Assembly: GCA_034439575.1 (NCBI GenBank)
Contig: JAWXAQ010000027.1
Span: 1 to 64,000 of the forward strand
Length of the DNA: 64,000 nt
Source: Leptospira sp.
GTDB taxonomy: Bacteria; Spirochaetota; Leptospiria; Leptospirales; Leptospiraceae
Direction of reading: 5' to 3'
Part shown: positions 21,383 through 31,540 of the stretch, piece by piece
How positions within the stretch are numbered: the first letter of the stretch is position 1
Layout of the letters: every line of letters begins with the position of its first letter
Notes under the pieces: generated by a model
Database searches by the model: none
What the model was told of the DNA's origin: nothing
Seen by the model: only the letters and a program-made list of their open reading frames with translations
Position numbers and translations under genes: made by a program

Positions 21383-22492
21383 TTAGTTCGTCGTTTGTAG
21401 ATTATGTTCAAATATACCATCTAATTTATGTAAGTGTTTTGTGAGTTGGTTTTTATGATAAAGTACCAAGTTGTGTTTTTTTAATTGATTGAGGGATTTT
21501 GGGATAGCTTTCAATGTTCCGAGGATTTTGATTTTCCCTTCGGAAATATCAATGTATTTTAAGGATTTTAGTTTTTCTAAAGCATTTTCTAAAGTTTTAA
21601 GTTCTCTGAGTTTCAGTAGTTCTGATCCGAGTTTCAATTCGGAATGTTTTTCTATGATTTGATCTTTGAATCCTATCAGATGTTTCAAAAAGTTTTCTAG
21701 AGAGATACTTGATGATTCTTCCAATTTCAATAAATAATATGACATTAAATTTCCAAGAGTGATCACATAACTCCCACCCAATTTTTGTTCAATGATTTTT
21801 GTAACTGTATCAGAGGTATCATCTTTATTTAAATAGAATGGCTCCCCGTAAGTGATATGCAATTTTGATTTTTTATAGGATATCGAATCATAAGTTAAAT
21901 TAAAATAATTAAAGTGAATGTCATCGACTTTAGATTTTAAATAAAACACACCTTTTTTAATTTGATTTAAGAAACCGTCTTGGTTATATGTGCCTTCAGG
22001 AAACATAAATAAATTTCTACCTAGATCAATATTTTGAACGAGTGTGTTCCATTCGGCATCCACAGTTTCTCGAAGTTCTCCTTTTTTTAGTAGGTCCCTA
22101 GAATTATCACGGAACGGACGTTTGATCGGCATACAGCCAATATAACCTAACAACAATGGTATCATATTTGATTTATCTATGAGTTTTAAAACAAGTTTTA
22201 ATAATCCTTTGGATCTAAATTCTTTGCTTAAAAAATCTCGACGCATGATGTCTTCTCTCGCAGGAATCGTCATTTTGATTTGCGGAGATAACCTTTTGTA
22301 TACAATAGCAAGTGCCGCAATGTCTATTTCAGAAACGTGATTTCCGATGATGGCAGTCGGGTAAGGTGTAATGAGTTTTTCCGATTTATGAAGGAAGTGT
22401 TCTTCGACTTCAGAAAAAAATAAGTTTCCTGTTTTTTCAACAAGGCTAATCAATAGATTGTAGCTGAGAGTGGCATGTTTGATGTCAGACAT
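21383..22492 (-). CDS. Lysophospholipid/glycerol acyltransferase (PlsC family)
   Basis: NHVSEID (HxxxxD) and FPEGT motifs. Confidence 0.85.
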   Translation of the reverse strand: MSDIKHATLSYNLLISLVEKTGNLFFSEVEEHFLHKSEKLITPYPTAIIGNHVSEIDIAALAIVYKRLSPQIKMTIPAREDIMRRDFLSKEFRSKGLLKLVLKLIDKSNMIPLLLGYIGCMPIKRPFRDNSRDLLKKGELRETVDAEWNTLVQNIDLGRNLFMFPEGTYNQDGFLNQIKKGVFYLKSKVDDIHFNYFNLTYDSISYKKSKLHITYGEPFYLNKDDTSDTVTKIIEQKLGGSYVITLGNLMSYYLLKLEESSSISLENFLKHLIGFKDQIIEKHSELKLGSELLKLRELKTLENALEKLKSLKYIDISEGKIKILGTLKAIPKSLNQLKKHNLVLYHKNQLTKHLHKLDGIFEHNLQTTN

Positions 22493-22598
22493 AGAGGTTA
22501 AAAAAAGGGAATGATTTCAAAAAACCAGAGTCAAGACATTCTAGTGGAAGACTAAAAAAAAATCTAAATTATTTTCCTTCGGTTCAATTTTTATTCCA

Positions 22599-23444
22599 TT
22601 ATTTAAAAATGACAGTTTTATTATTCCAAACCAATACTCTATGTTCAAAAACAAACCGAAGTGCACGGGCCAGCACAACTTTTTCAATATCTCTACCATT
22701 TAACACTAGTTTATCTTTTGTATAACTATGATCAACAGAGATAACATCTTGTGCAATGATTGGCCCTTCATCAAGTGATGAAGTTACAAAATGCGCCGTC
22801 GCTCCAATCAACTTTACGCCCCGATCATAAGCTTGTTGATAGGGACTTGCGCCAACAAAAGCAGGCAAAAAGGAATGATGAATATTAACTATACGTTCTG
22901 GAAATCTTGAAACAAATTCAGGTGAAAGGATTCGCATATATTTAGCAAGAACCAAAAAATCAAACGTGTGTTTTGCTAAAAAATCTAAAATCTTGATTTC
23001 ATGTTCTTCACGTGAAATTCCATCATTTGAGATGCAGTGAAAGGGAAGATGAAAATCTTCCACAAGTGATTGTAAGGTGGAATGATTGGCCAAAACACAT
23101 TCGATATCCACATCCAATTCCCGAGCCCTGTGACGTAAAAGAATATCACCGAGACAATGGCTTTCTTTGGTCGCAAATAAAATGATTTTTTGTTTTTTGA
23201 CTTTATGGATTTGAATTTCTGCGTTTTCGGGCAAAATTTGGACCAAACGATTCTTAAGATCAACTTCTGCCAATTGACCGCTGAACTCTGTTCGCATAAA
23301 GAAAATGGATTCCAAAGGCTCCACAAATTCGTGGTTGGAAAGTATATTACAGGCCTTTTCAAGGAGTAGGCCTGTTATGGAATGGATCAGACCTACCTGG
23401 TCTTTGCATTTGACTAAAAGTATTCTTTTGGCAGAATCTGACAT
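22599..23444 (-). CDS. purU: Formyltetrahydrofolate deformylase
   Basis: ACT domain (CKDQVGLI), HCLGDIL, LAKYMRILS, NIHHSFLPAF, GATAHFV, LDEGPII. Start taken at ATG 23444 (the track extends to 23492). Confidence 0.95.
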   Translation of the reverse strand: MSDSAKRILLVKCKDQVGLIHSITGLLLEKACNILSNHEFVEPLESIFFMRTEFSGQLAEVDLKNRLVQILPENAEIQIHKVKKQKIILFATKESHCLGDILLRHRARELDVDIECVLANHSTLQSLVEDFHLPFHCISNDGISREEHEIKILDFLAKHTFDFLVLAKYMRILSPEFVSRFPERIVNIHHSFLPAFVGASPYQQAYDRGVKLIGATAHFVTSSLDEGPIIAQDVISVDHSYTKDKLVLNGRDIEKVVLARALRFVFEHRVLVWNNKTVIFK

Positions 23445-23667
23445 TTTCTTAATTTTTCTCAGTCTTTCTCTCTCGCCAATTCGTACAAGCATATTTTATA
23501 AGACATAATATTACTCAAATTTACGTTCATTTCGTGAACGGAATACTTGACGTAGTTTCTGAGTATTGGAAATTTGAATCCGAATGGGACTCATGGGGCG
23601 AAGCTATGCCAAATACAGTCCCCACTTTTACAAAAAATCCGCTTATTACCGAATTTAGGATCTCCCT

Positions 23668-24561
23668 ATGAAAGGAATTATATTAGCCGGTGGCTCCGGA
23701 ACTCGCCTTTACCCCATCACTCGAGGTGTCGTGAAACAATTGCTACCTGTTTATGACAAACCTATGATTTATTATCCACTATCCGTTTTGATGCTTGCGG
23801 GGATTCGCGAAATTTTAATCATCTCCACTCCTGCAGACACACATAGATTCCAAGAGATTTTTGGGGATGGAAGTGATTTAGGTCTAAAGATCTTTTATAA
23901 AATCCAACCTTCTCCAGATGGTTTGGCGCAAGCATTTTTGTTAGGTGAAGAATTTTTGGATGGCCAAGACGCCTGTCTCGTGCTCGGTGACAATATTTTT
24001 TATGGACATGGATTTAGTGACTTACTTCGAAATTCTGTCAAAAAAGTTAAAGAAGAAAGGCGTTCTGTTGTTTTTGGATATTATGTAAATGATCCAGAAA
24101 GATACGGAGTTGTAGAGTTTGATGCAAACGGAAAAGCACTTTCTATCGAAGAGAAACCGTTACAACCTAAGAGTAATTATGCGGTGATTGGCCTTTACTT
24201 TTATACTTCAGATGTAGTAAACGTTGCAAAAAGTATCAAACCATCGGATCGCGGAGAACTTGAAATCACAACTGTGAACCAAGTTTATTTAGAGAATGGT
24301 AGACTGGATGTAAATTTGATGGGAAGAGGTTATGCCTGGCTTGATACAGGGACTCATGAAAGTCTATTAGAAGCATCTAACTTTATAGAGGTGATTGAAA
24401 GACGTCAGGGATTAAAAATCGCTTGTTTAGAAGAAATTGCATTTGAGATGGGTTACATCAATCAAGAAAAATTGCTAAAACTTGCTGAACCATTAAAGAA
24501 AAATCAATATGGGCAATATCTCTTAGAAATCGTAAAAAGAAAAGTCATCGCGAACAAATAG
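23668..24561 (+). CDS. rfbA: Glucose-1-phosphate thymidylyltransferase (RmlA)
   Basis: [41 protein letters not shown]. Confidence 0.97.
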   Translation: MKGIILAGGSGTRLYPITRGVVKQLLPVYDKPMIYYPLSVLMLAGIREILIISTPADTHRFQEIFGDGSDLGLKIFYKIQPSPDGLAQAFLLGEEFLDGQDACLVLGDNIFYGHGFSDLLRNSVKKVKEERRSVVFGYYVNDPERYGVVEFDANGKALSIEEKPLQPKSNYAVIGLYFYTSDVVNVAKSIKPSDRGELEITTVNQVYLENGRLDVNLMGRGYAWLDTGTHESLLEASNFIEVIERRQGLKIACLEEIAFEMGYINQEKLLKLAEPLKKNQYGQYLLEIVKRKVIANK

Positions 24562-24571
24562 ATTATTCATT

Positions 24572-25138
24572 ATGCAAATTATAGAATCTGAATTGAAAGA
24601 TGTTTACATTCTCGAACCGAAAGTTTGGGGAGATGATAGGGGATATTTTTTTGAAAGTTATCGCGATGATTTAATCATAAATAAAATTCGAAAGTTCCAT
24701 TGGGTGCAAGACAATGAGTCTATGTCCAAAAAAGGTGTTTTACGCGGCCTTCATTACCAATTGCCACCTTTTGCCCAGTCCAAACTTGTGAGGGTGATCA
24801 AAGGTAGTGTTTTGGATGTGGCCGTTGATATCCGAAAGGGTTCACCTAATTTTGGAAAACACATCACAGTGGAACTAACAGAGGATAACAAAAGGCAACT
24901 TCTGATTCCCCGTGGCTTTGCTCATGGATTTTTAGTGTTGAGTACAGAGGCAATATTTTCATATAAAGTTGACAATTATTATTCCAAAGATCAGGATCGA
25001 TCCTTGTTATGGAATGATCCACTAATAGGCATTAATTGGCAAATGTCTGAAAAAGATCTTTTACTTTCTGACAAAGACAAAATGGCAAAATCATTATCAG
25101 AAATAGATACCTTTACGTTTCAGGACCTATATGTTTAA
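24572..25138 (+). CDS. rfbC: dTDP-4-dehydrorhamnose 3,5-epimerase (RmlC)
   Basis: DDRGYFFES, GVLRGLHYQ, GFAHGF. Confidence 0.97.
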   Translation: MQIIESELKDVYILEPKVWGDDRGYFFESYRDDLIINKIRKFHWVQDNESMSKKGVLRGLHYQLPPFAQSKLVRVIKGSVLDVAVDIRKGSPNFGKHITVELTEDNKRQLLIPRGFAHGFLVLSTEAIFSYKVDNYYSKDQDRSLLWNDPLIGINWQMSEKDLLLSDKDKMAKSLSEIDTFTFQDLYV

Positions 25139-25997
25139 GGTTTTAGTCACAGGTGCGAATGGCCAATTAGGTTCTGAGCTTAAACTCATTGCACCAAAAC
25201 ATGCGAATCATTTTTCGTTTCAATTTGTACATCGTGAAGATTTGGATTTATTGGATAGAAATTTGGTCGAAGACTATATTTTCAGAAACAAATGCAACGG
25301 CATTATCAATGCGGCCGCATACACTGCGGTCGATTTAGCTGAAAAAGAAATAGAGAAAGCTAATCTAGGAAATATAGAAATACCCAAAATTTTATCAATA
25401 GTTGCATCAAAACATAATATACGTTTGGTGCATTTCTCCACTGATTTTGTATTCGATGGGAAAAACTCTGTGCCTTATAAGGAAGACGATATCACAAATC
25501 CGATTTCTGTTTATGGAAGTTCAAAAGAGTTAGGCGAAAGAGCTGTCCTTGGCAATAATCCAAATGCAGTTATTGTTCGAACTTCTTGGGTCTATTCAAA
25601 ATTTGGGAATAATTTTGTAAAAACAATGCGTAGATTGGGAAAAGAAAGGCCTGAATTAAAAGTTATCTATGATCAAATTGGATCTCCTACTTGGGCCCGT
25701 GATTTGGCTGAAGTTTCATTAAAGATATTAAACTCAGACTTAAAAGGAATATATAATTTTTCTAATGAGGGAGTTGCCAGTTGGTATGACTTTGCGAAAA
25801 CCATATTGATGTTAAGTGGTCTAAATACAAAAATTTATCCGATTGAAACTAAAGATTATCCGACACCTGCAACTCGTCCTCATTATTCCCTGTTAAACAA
25901 AGCCAAAATTAAATCAGCATTAAATTTAAATATTCCACATTGGACGGATAGTTTGAAAGACTGCCTTTCCGAAATGGAAAGTGAAACTTCAAATTAG
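25131..25997 (+). CDS. rfbD: dTDP-4-dehydrorhamnose reductase (RmlD)
   Basis: GANGQLG, AAYTAVD, STDFVFDG, YGSSK, DQIGSPT. Confidence 0.96.
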   Translation: MFKVLVTGANGQLGSELKLIAPKHANHFSFQFVHREDLDLLDRNLVEDYIFRNKCNGIINAAAYTAVDLAEKEIEKANLGNIEIPKILSIVASKHNIRLVHFSTDFVFDGKNSVPYKEDDITNPISVYGSSKELGERAVLGNNPNAVIVRTSWVYSKFGNNFVKTMRRLGKERPELKVIYDQIGSPTWARDLAEVSLKILNSDLKGIYNFSNEGVASWYDFAKTILMLSGLNTKIYPIETKDYPTPATRPHYSLLNKAKIKSALNLNIPHWTDSLKDCLSEMESETSN

Positions 25998-27006
25998 GAA
26001 TTTACCTTTGGCAACTCACTACATACTTAAAAAAAGAAAAAATCCTTCATTATTATCTCTCATTATTCCATGTTATAATGAAGAGAAAGTCATTCCTTTT
26101 CTTAAAAAATCTTTATCTAAGATTCTACAACAAATTCCTACCAAAGTAGAAGTGATTTTGGTCAATGATGGAAGTTCCGATTTAACAATCGAAAAATTAT
26201 ATGAATGGTCTATCGAAGACAAACGAATCAAAGTAATAAGTTTTGCGAGAAACTTCGGTCATCAAATTGCTGTCACTGCGGGAATGGATTATGCGATAGG
26301 TGATGCTATAGTGATAATGGATGCAGATTTGCAAGATCCACCAGAAGTGATCATTGAGATGTTAGAAAAATACCGAGAAGGGTATGATGTAGTCTATGGA
26401 AAACGAGAAGAGCGTGTTGGTGAATCAGTTTTCAAGTTAGCTACCGCTTGGTTATTTTACCGATTGATGAAGGTATTAGTACATAAAGATCTTCCTCTAG
26501 ATTCTGGCGACTTCAGATTAATTTCAAGGCAATGTCTAGAATCTCTGAATGGCATGAGGGAGAGGCATAGATTCCTTCGGGGTATGGGTGCCTGGGTTGG
26601 ATTTCCACAAACACCCGTTATTTACAAAAGAGCCGCAAGAGCTGCAGGGGAAACGAAATATCCACTTCGTAAGATGCTAACACTTGCGATGAATGCGGCT
26701 ATATCCTTTTCTCCCTTACCTTTGAGACTAAGTTTGTCATTAGGTATTGTGATCGCTTTTGTCGGATTTGTTGTGGGCTTAAGTGCCGTAATCAAAGCAT
26801 GGATGCATTATTCAGGTTTGTATCCAAATTTGGTTTATGAACCAGGTTGGGCAACAATCGTCGCCTTACTTTGTATCATCGGTGGATCGATACTCATTTC
26901 TATTGGCATTCTTGGTGAATATATTGCCCGGATATTCGAAGAAGTGAAAGGGCGTCCACTTTATGTGATTGAATCTACTATCAATTTAAATAAGAGAAAG
27001 AGTTAA
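25981..27006 (+). CDS. GT2 polyprenol-phosphate glycosyltransferase (GtrB/ArnC-like)
   Basis: IPCYNEE, NDGSSD, RNFGHQ, MDADLQDPP, GDFRL, two C-terminal TM helices, RPLY. Confidence 0.9.
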   Translation: MKLQIRNLPLATHYILKKRKNPSLLSLIIPCYNEEKVIPFLKKSLSKILQQIPTKVEVILVNDGSSDLTIEKLYEWSIEDKRIKVISFARNFGHQIAVTAGMDYAIGDAIVIMDADLQDPPEVIIEMLEKYREGYDVVYGKREERVGESVFKLATAWLFYRLMKVLVHKDLPLDSGDFRLISRQCLESLNGMRERHRFLRGMGAWVGFPQTPVIYKRAARAAGETKYPLRKMLTLAMNAAISFSPLPLRLSLSLGIVIAFVGFVVGLSAVIKAWMHYSGLYPNLVYEPGWATIVALLCIIGGSILISIGILGEYIARIFEEVKGRPLYVIESTINLNKRKS

Positions 27007-28019
27007 TGTTAAAATCAATTTTAGTTACTGGTGGAGCCGGTTTTATTGGCTCAAATTTTGTTCCTTATTTTGTTTCAAAATATCCGAATTATCGCATCAT
27101 AAACTTGGATTTGTTAACGTATGCAGGAAATCTTGAAAATTTGAAAGAAACCAAAGAATCTGAAAATTATACTTTTGTAAAAGGTGATATTAAAGATCAA
27201 ACTCTTGTTAATGAACTCTTTAAAAAGTATGACATTCAAAGTGTGATTCACTTCGCCGCTGAAAGCCATGTGGATAATTCCATTGCAAATCCTGAAATAT
27301 TTTTGCAAACTAATGTGATTGGAACTTTCGTATTGATTCATGCGGCTTATAAACATTGGATGGAAAAACCTTTTGTTTACAAAGAAGGATACGCGGGTTC
27401 AAGATTTCATCATGTTTCAACGGACGAAGTGTATGGCACTTTGGGAGTAGAGGGATTATTTCACGAATCGACTCCTTACTCACCTAATTCACCTTATAGT
27501 GCAAGTAAAGCAGGAAGTGATTTTGTAGTAAGAAGTTATCATCATACATATGGTATGGATACGGTAACTACAAATTGCTCAAATAATTATGGCCCCAAAC
27601 AACATTCAGAAAAATTAATCCCGACAATTATCAGAAAATGTTTAGCTAATGAAAGTATACCGATATATGGTCAAGGAACAAACGTTAGAGATTGGCTTTA
27701 TGTTTTGGATCATGCCAAGGGTATAGATCTCGCCTATCATAAAGGAAAAAGCGGCGAAACATATAACATTGGTGGCCGAAACGAACGAAATAACAATTAT
27801 ATTGCGAATAAAATCTGTGAAATCTTGGATTTTAAGAAGCCGATGTCGAATGGTAAAAGTTACAAATCTCTAATAAATTACGTAGCAGATCGCCCAGGAC
27901 ATGATATGCGTTATGCGATTGACGCTACAAAAATTGAAACTGAACTCGGCTGGAAAGCAGAAGAGAATTTTGAAACAGGGATTTTGAAAACTGTCGATTG
28001 GTATTTGGGAAAAAATTAG
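27006..28019 (+). CDS. rfbB: dTDP-glucose 4,6-dehydratase (RmlB)
   Basis: GGAGFIG, AAESHVDNS, STDEVYG, YSASK, DRPGHDMRYAID. Confidence 0.97.
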   Translation: MLKSILVTGGAGFIGSNFVPYFVSKYPNYRIINLDLLTYAGNLENLKETKESENYTFVKGDIKDQTLVNELFKKYDIQSVIHFAAESHVDNSIANPEIFLQTNVIGTFVLIHAAYKHWMEKPFVYKEGYAGSRFHHVSTDEVYGTLGVEGLFHESTPYSPNSPYSASKAGSDFVVRSYHHTYGMDTVTTNCSNNYGPKQHSEKLIPTIIRKCLANESIPIYGQGTNVRDWLYVLDHAKGIDLAYHKGKSGETYNIGGRNERNNNYIANKICEILDFKKPMSNGKSYKSLINYVADRPGHDMRYAIDATKIETELGWKAEENFETGILKTVDWYLGKN

Positions 28020-28045
28020 AAATTAATTTTTATTGGTAACACCTA

Positions 28046-29125
28046 GTGTTTGTTGTCGTCGGCTCAGGAATCATTGGTACTTGGATCGCTCTTTCTCTAG
28101 CAAAAAAAGGGGAAGAGGTCTATGTGATAGAAAAATCAGAACAAGCGGGTGATGGCATCAGTGGACGAAATTCTGGAGTTTTACATTCGGGAATTTATTA
28201 TGATGTGAATTCCTTAAAATCTGAAATGTGCTTTCGGGGATACGATTTATCTTTAAGTTTTTTCGAAACAAATAAAATTCCATTCAAGTTATGCGGTAAA
28301 GTTATTACAATAGGTTTATCGGACAATGTGGAAGAAGAAAAATCCAAATTGGAAGAGTTAGAAAAACTTTATCAAAATGGCGTAACTCTTGGCATTAAAG
28401 GTATGGAATTGTTTGAGAAACCATCATCAAGGTGGCAACATCTTCTTGGCAACAAAGCTCTTTGGATTCCAAAAACGGGAATTGTGGATGTTCCGAATTA
28501 CTTAAAAATTTTGTGGAATCTTGCATCTAATTTAGGTGTACAATTTTTAAAACGTAAAAAAATGAAATTTATCAATAATTCGCCTGTGTTAGTTGATTCT
28601 TTGACCGGTGAAAAAGAAGATATAGTTGCAGATCACTTTATAAACGCTGCGGGTTTATATTCCGATGAACTAGCCTTAGACGCTGGTCTTGAGGGTTATG
28701 AAATTCGACCAAATAAGGGTGAATACTTTCGCTTAAAACGAAATTTACCTTACGAAACTTTAGTTTATCCTCTCCCCATGAAAACATCAACAGCCCTCGG
28801 AGTCCATTATACATTTAATTTAGGTGGGGATGCGTATGCAGGACCCAATTCCAATTGGGCAGAATCTAAAGAGGATTACAAATTTGTGACTAACAAATCA
28901 GAATATTATAAATCTATAATGAAAATATTGGACTTTTATTCTGAAGATGATTTAGTTGAAGGCTATGTGGGATTAAGGCCTCGTTTATTTTATAATAATA
29001 ATCCGATTAAAGATTTTCAAATCATTTCAAAAGGTAATTGGACACATTTGTTAGGCATTGAAAGTCCAGGTCTTACTTCATCACCCGCTATAGCCGAAAA
29101 AGTCCTTTTGCAATTGGGAATTTAA
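28046..29125 (+). CDS. FAD-dependent oxidoreductase, L-2-hydroxyglutarate oxidase-like
   Basis: GSGIIG, SGRNSGVLHSGIYY, KGEYF, LGVH, GIESPGLTSS. Confidence 0.85.
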   Translation: MFVVVGSGIIGTWIALSLAKKGEEVYVIEKSEQAGDGISGRNSGVLHSGIYYDVNSLKSEMCFRGYDLSLSFFETNKIPFKLCGKVITIGLSDNVEEEKSKLEELEKLYQNGVTLGIKGMELFEKPSSRWQHLLGNKALWIPKTGIVDVPNYLKILWNLASNLGVQFLKRKKMKFINNSPVLVDSLTGEKEDIVADHFINAAGLYSDELALDAGLEGYEIRPNKGEYFRLKRNLPYETLVYPLPMKTSTALGVHYTFNLGGDAYAGPNSNWAESKEDYKFVTNKSEYYKSIMKILDFYSEDDLVEGYVGLRPRLFYNNNPIKDFQIISKGNWTHLLGIESPGLTSSPAIAEKVLLQLGI

Positions 29126-29129
29126 AATA

Positions 29130-29483
29130 ATGATAGAAGATCACAATTACAAAGTATTGCGGTTGTTACAAGATAATCCATATTTATCGCAAAGGGAAGC
29201 CTCTGACAAATTGGGTTTAAGTCTCGGAAAAACTAATTATGTGATCAATGCTCTGATTGAAAAAGGATTATTGAAAATAAAAAACTTTAAAAACAATAAA
29301 AATAAATCGACCTATGCATATTTATTAACTCCCCAAGGATTAGAAGAAAAAGCTCGTTTAACATTACAATTCTTTGAAGTCAAAAAAAGAGAATACGAAG
29401 AGTTAAAGAGAGAAGTAGAAAAATTGAACGAGGAAGAAAAAATCAATTTGGAAGAGACCAGGATATTAAATTCTGATGTTTAG
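29130..29483 (+). CDS. MarR-family EPS-associated transcriptional regulator
   Basis: SQRE...LGLSLGKTNY...LIEKG...YAYLLTPQGLEEKARLT. Confidence 0.92.
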   Translation: MIEDHNYKVLRLLQDNPYLSQREASDKLGLSLGKTNYVINALIEKGLLKIKNFKNNKNKSTYAYLLTPQGLEEKARLTLQFFEVKKREYEELKREVEKLNEEEKINLEETRILNSDV

Positions 29484-30285
29484 CTTAGACTCATATACTT
29501 CGTTTATATCAGATGTAGCTAAAAATAGACGTCTGTTATATGAACTTGCCAAGCAAGATTTTCGACAGAGATTTGTGGGTAATTTTTTAGGAGTTACTTG
29601 GGCATTTGTAAATCCTATCATTCAAGTTTCCATTCTATGGTTTGTTTTTAGTGTTGGTTTTCGAGCAAAGCCGGTAGGTGAGACACCTTATATTTATTGG
29701 TTACTCGCAGGATTTTTTCCATGGCTACATCTTAGTGAAAGTATAATTGCGGGGACTAATTGTATTATTGAAAAACCTTATCTTGTGAAAAAGGTAGTAT
29801 TCCGAGTCAGTACATTACCAATTGTTAAACTAGCTTCAGTATCAGTGATTCATACTTTCTTTTTTATGATGATGCTATTCGTTTATTTGATTAATGGCAT
29901 TGGAGATTGGAAATACAAACTTCAGCTTTTATATTATCTTTTTTGTTTATTTAGTCTTACGCTAACGGTTACATGGATAACTTCAGCAATAGTAGTATTT
30001 ATTCGTGACATTGGACAAATTGTTTCCATTTCTATACAATTCGGTTTTTGGTTAACTCCTGTATTTTGGAATGCTGATATGATTCCACCAAAATACAGTT
30101 ATCTAATGAATTTTAATCCAGCAAATTATATAGTCAGTGGGTATAGGGATTCATTGTTAGGTGGCAGATGGTTTTACGAAAAAGAATTGGAAACTTTAAT
30201 TTTTTGGTCTACGACTTTTGTATTTCTATTGATAGGGATGTACGTATTTAAGCGATTGCGTATGCACTTCGCTGATGTAATTTGA
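29476..30285 (+). CDS. wzm: O-antigen ABC transporter permease
   Basis: DFRQRFVG..LGVTWAFVNP, VKKVVF, RDIGQ, FWLTPVFW, FADVI. Confidence 0.92.
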   Translation: MFSLDSYTSFISDVAKNRRLLYELAKQDFRQRFVGNFLGVTWAFVNPIIQVSILWFVFSVGFRAKPVGETPYIYWLLAGFFPWLHLSESIIAGTNCIIEKPYLVKKVVFRVSTLPIVKLASVSVIHTFFFMMMLFVYLINGIGDWKYKLQLLYYLFCLFSLTLTVTWITSAIVVFIRDIGQIVSISIQFGFWLTPVFWNADMIPPKYSYLMNFNPANYIVSGYRDSLLGGRWFYEKELETLIFWSTTFVFLLIGMYVFKRLRMHFADVI

Positions 30286-30286
30286 A

Positions 30287-31537
30287 ATGCAAACAGTAAT
30301 CGAATTAAAAAATATTTCTAAAATTTTCAAATTATATGAGAATAACTTTGATCGCTTTAAAGAATCTCTAAATCCATTTGGAAAGAAATTCCATAAAGAT
30401 TTTTATGCCCTTAAAGATGTTAATTTTAAAATTTCGAGAGGAGAATGCATTGCTATCATTGGCCAGAATGGAAGCGGAAAATCTACTTTGTTAAAAGTAA
30501 TAACAAGTATCCTTGCTCCATCAATGGGATCCATATCAGTCAATGGTAGGATATCTTCCCTCCTAGAATTAGGCACTGGATTTAATCCAGATTTGACTGG
30601 TCGTGAAAATATATATTTTTATGGAACTATAAATGGCATCACGCGGGCCGAAATGAGTAAAAGCGTTGAGGAAATCATAGAATTTGCTGATATAGGAGCA
30701 TTTTTAGATCAGCCTGTCAGATCTTATTCGAGTGGAATGTTTGTTAGGTTGGCATTTGCATGCGCAATCCAAATTGATCCTGAAATTCTAATCGTTGATG
30801 AAGCTCTCGCTGTAGGCGATATGCGATTTGTACAAAAATGTTTTCGAAAGATGCAGAGTTTTAAAGAAAGAGAAAAAACTCTCATCCTTGTAACGCATGA
30901 TATGCCATCTGTTATCGCTTTCGCTTCTAGAGTCCTTTGGATGGAGAACGGACAGCTAGTTGGCGATGGAGAACCAAGTGTGGTTGTGCGAGATTACATT
31001 TCGAAGATGACATATTCTCAAAAATCTACAACAGAAAACTCATTACTAAATTCACAAGGTGATATTGAATTAAAGGCTTGTGAATCATTTGGAGAACGGG
31101 GTGCAGAGTTCAGTGCGATCCATGTTGAATTTTTAGATAGGAAATTTGATGGCCTAACGAAGGGCGGAGAAATTATAAAATTCCGATTTAGAATCAAAGC
31201 AAAAGTTCAAATTGAAAAACCTGGAATAGGGCTATTGTTAAAAGACGAAAAAGGTTATCCCGTATTAGGTGTGAATAACTATGTTTATTCAATCAATATT
31301 CCGACAATAAAAGAAGGGAAAGAGATTCAGATTACTTATGAATTAAAACTTCCTTTCTTAAGAGTTGGTAAATACGCGCTAACTGTAGCTCTATCCGATG
31401 GAGATCAAATAGATCATATCCAACACCATTACATTCATGATATTATAGATATAAATTTTCTCAATGATGAGGATAAGTTTAAAATAGGGAGTTTAGTTGT
31501 TATACCAAACGAAGATTTGAGTATAACTTTTGAATAA
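30287..31537 (+). CDS. wzt: O-antigen ABC transporter ATPase with a C-terminal Wzt_C-like domain
   Basis: GQNGSGKST, YSSGMFVRLAF, DEALAVGD; C-terminal extension beyond the ATPase domain. Confidence 0.93.
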   Translation: MQTVIELKNISKIFKLYENNFDRFKESLNPFGKKFHKDFYALKDVNFKISRGECIAIIGQNGSGKSTLLKVITSILAPSMGSISVNGRISSLLELGTGFNPDLTGRENIYFYGTINGITRAEMSKSVEEIIEFADIGAFLDQPVRSYSSGMFVRLAFACAIQIDPEILIVDEALAVGDMRFVQKCFRKMQSFKEREKTLILVTHDMPSVIAFASRVLWMENGQLVGDGEPSVVVRDYISKMTYSQKSTTENSLLNSQGDIELKACESFGERGAEFSAIHVEFLDRKFDGLTKGGEIIKFRFRIKAKVQIEKPGIGLLLKDEKGYPVLGVNNYVYSINIPTIKEGKEIQITYELKLPFLRVGKYALTVALSDGDQIDHIQHHYIHDIIDINFLNDEDKFKIGSLVVIPNEDLSITFE

Positions 31538-31540
31538 AAT

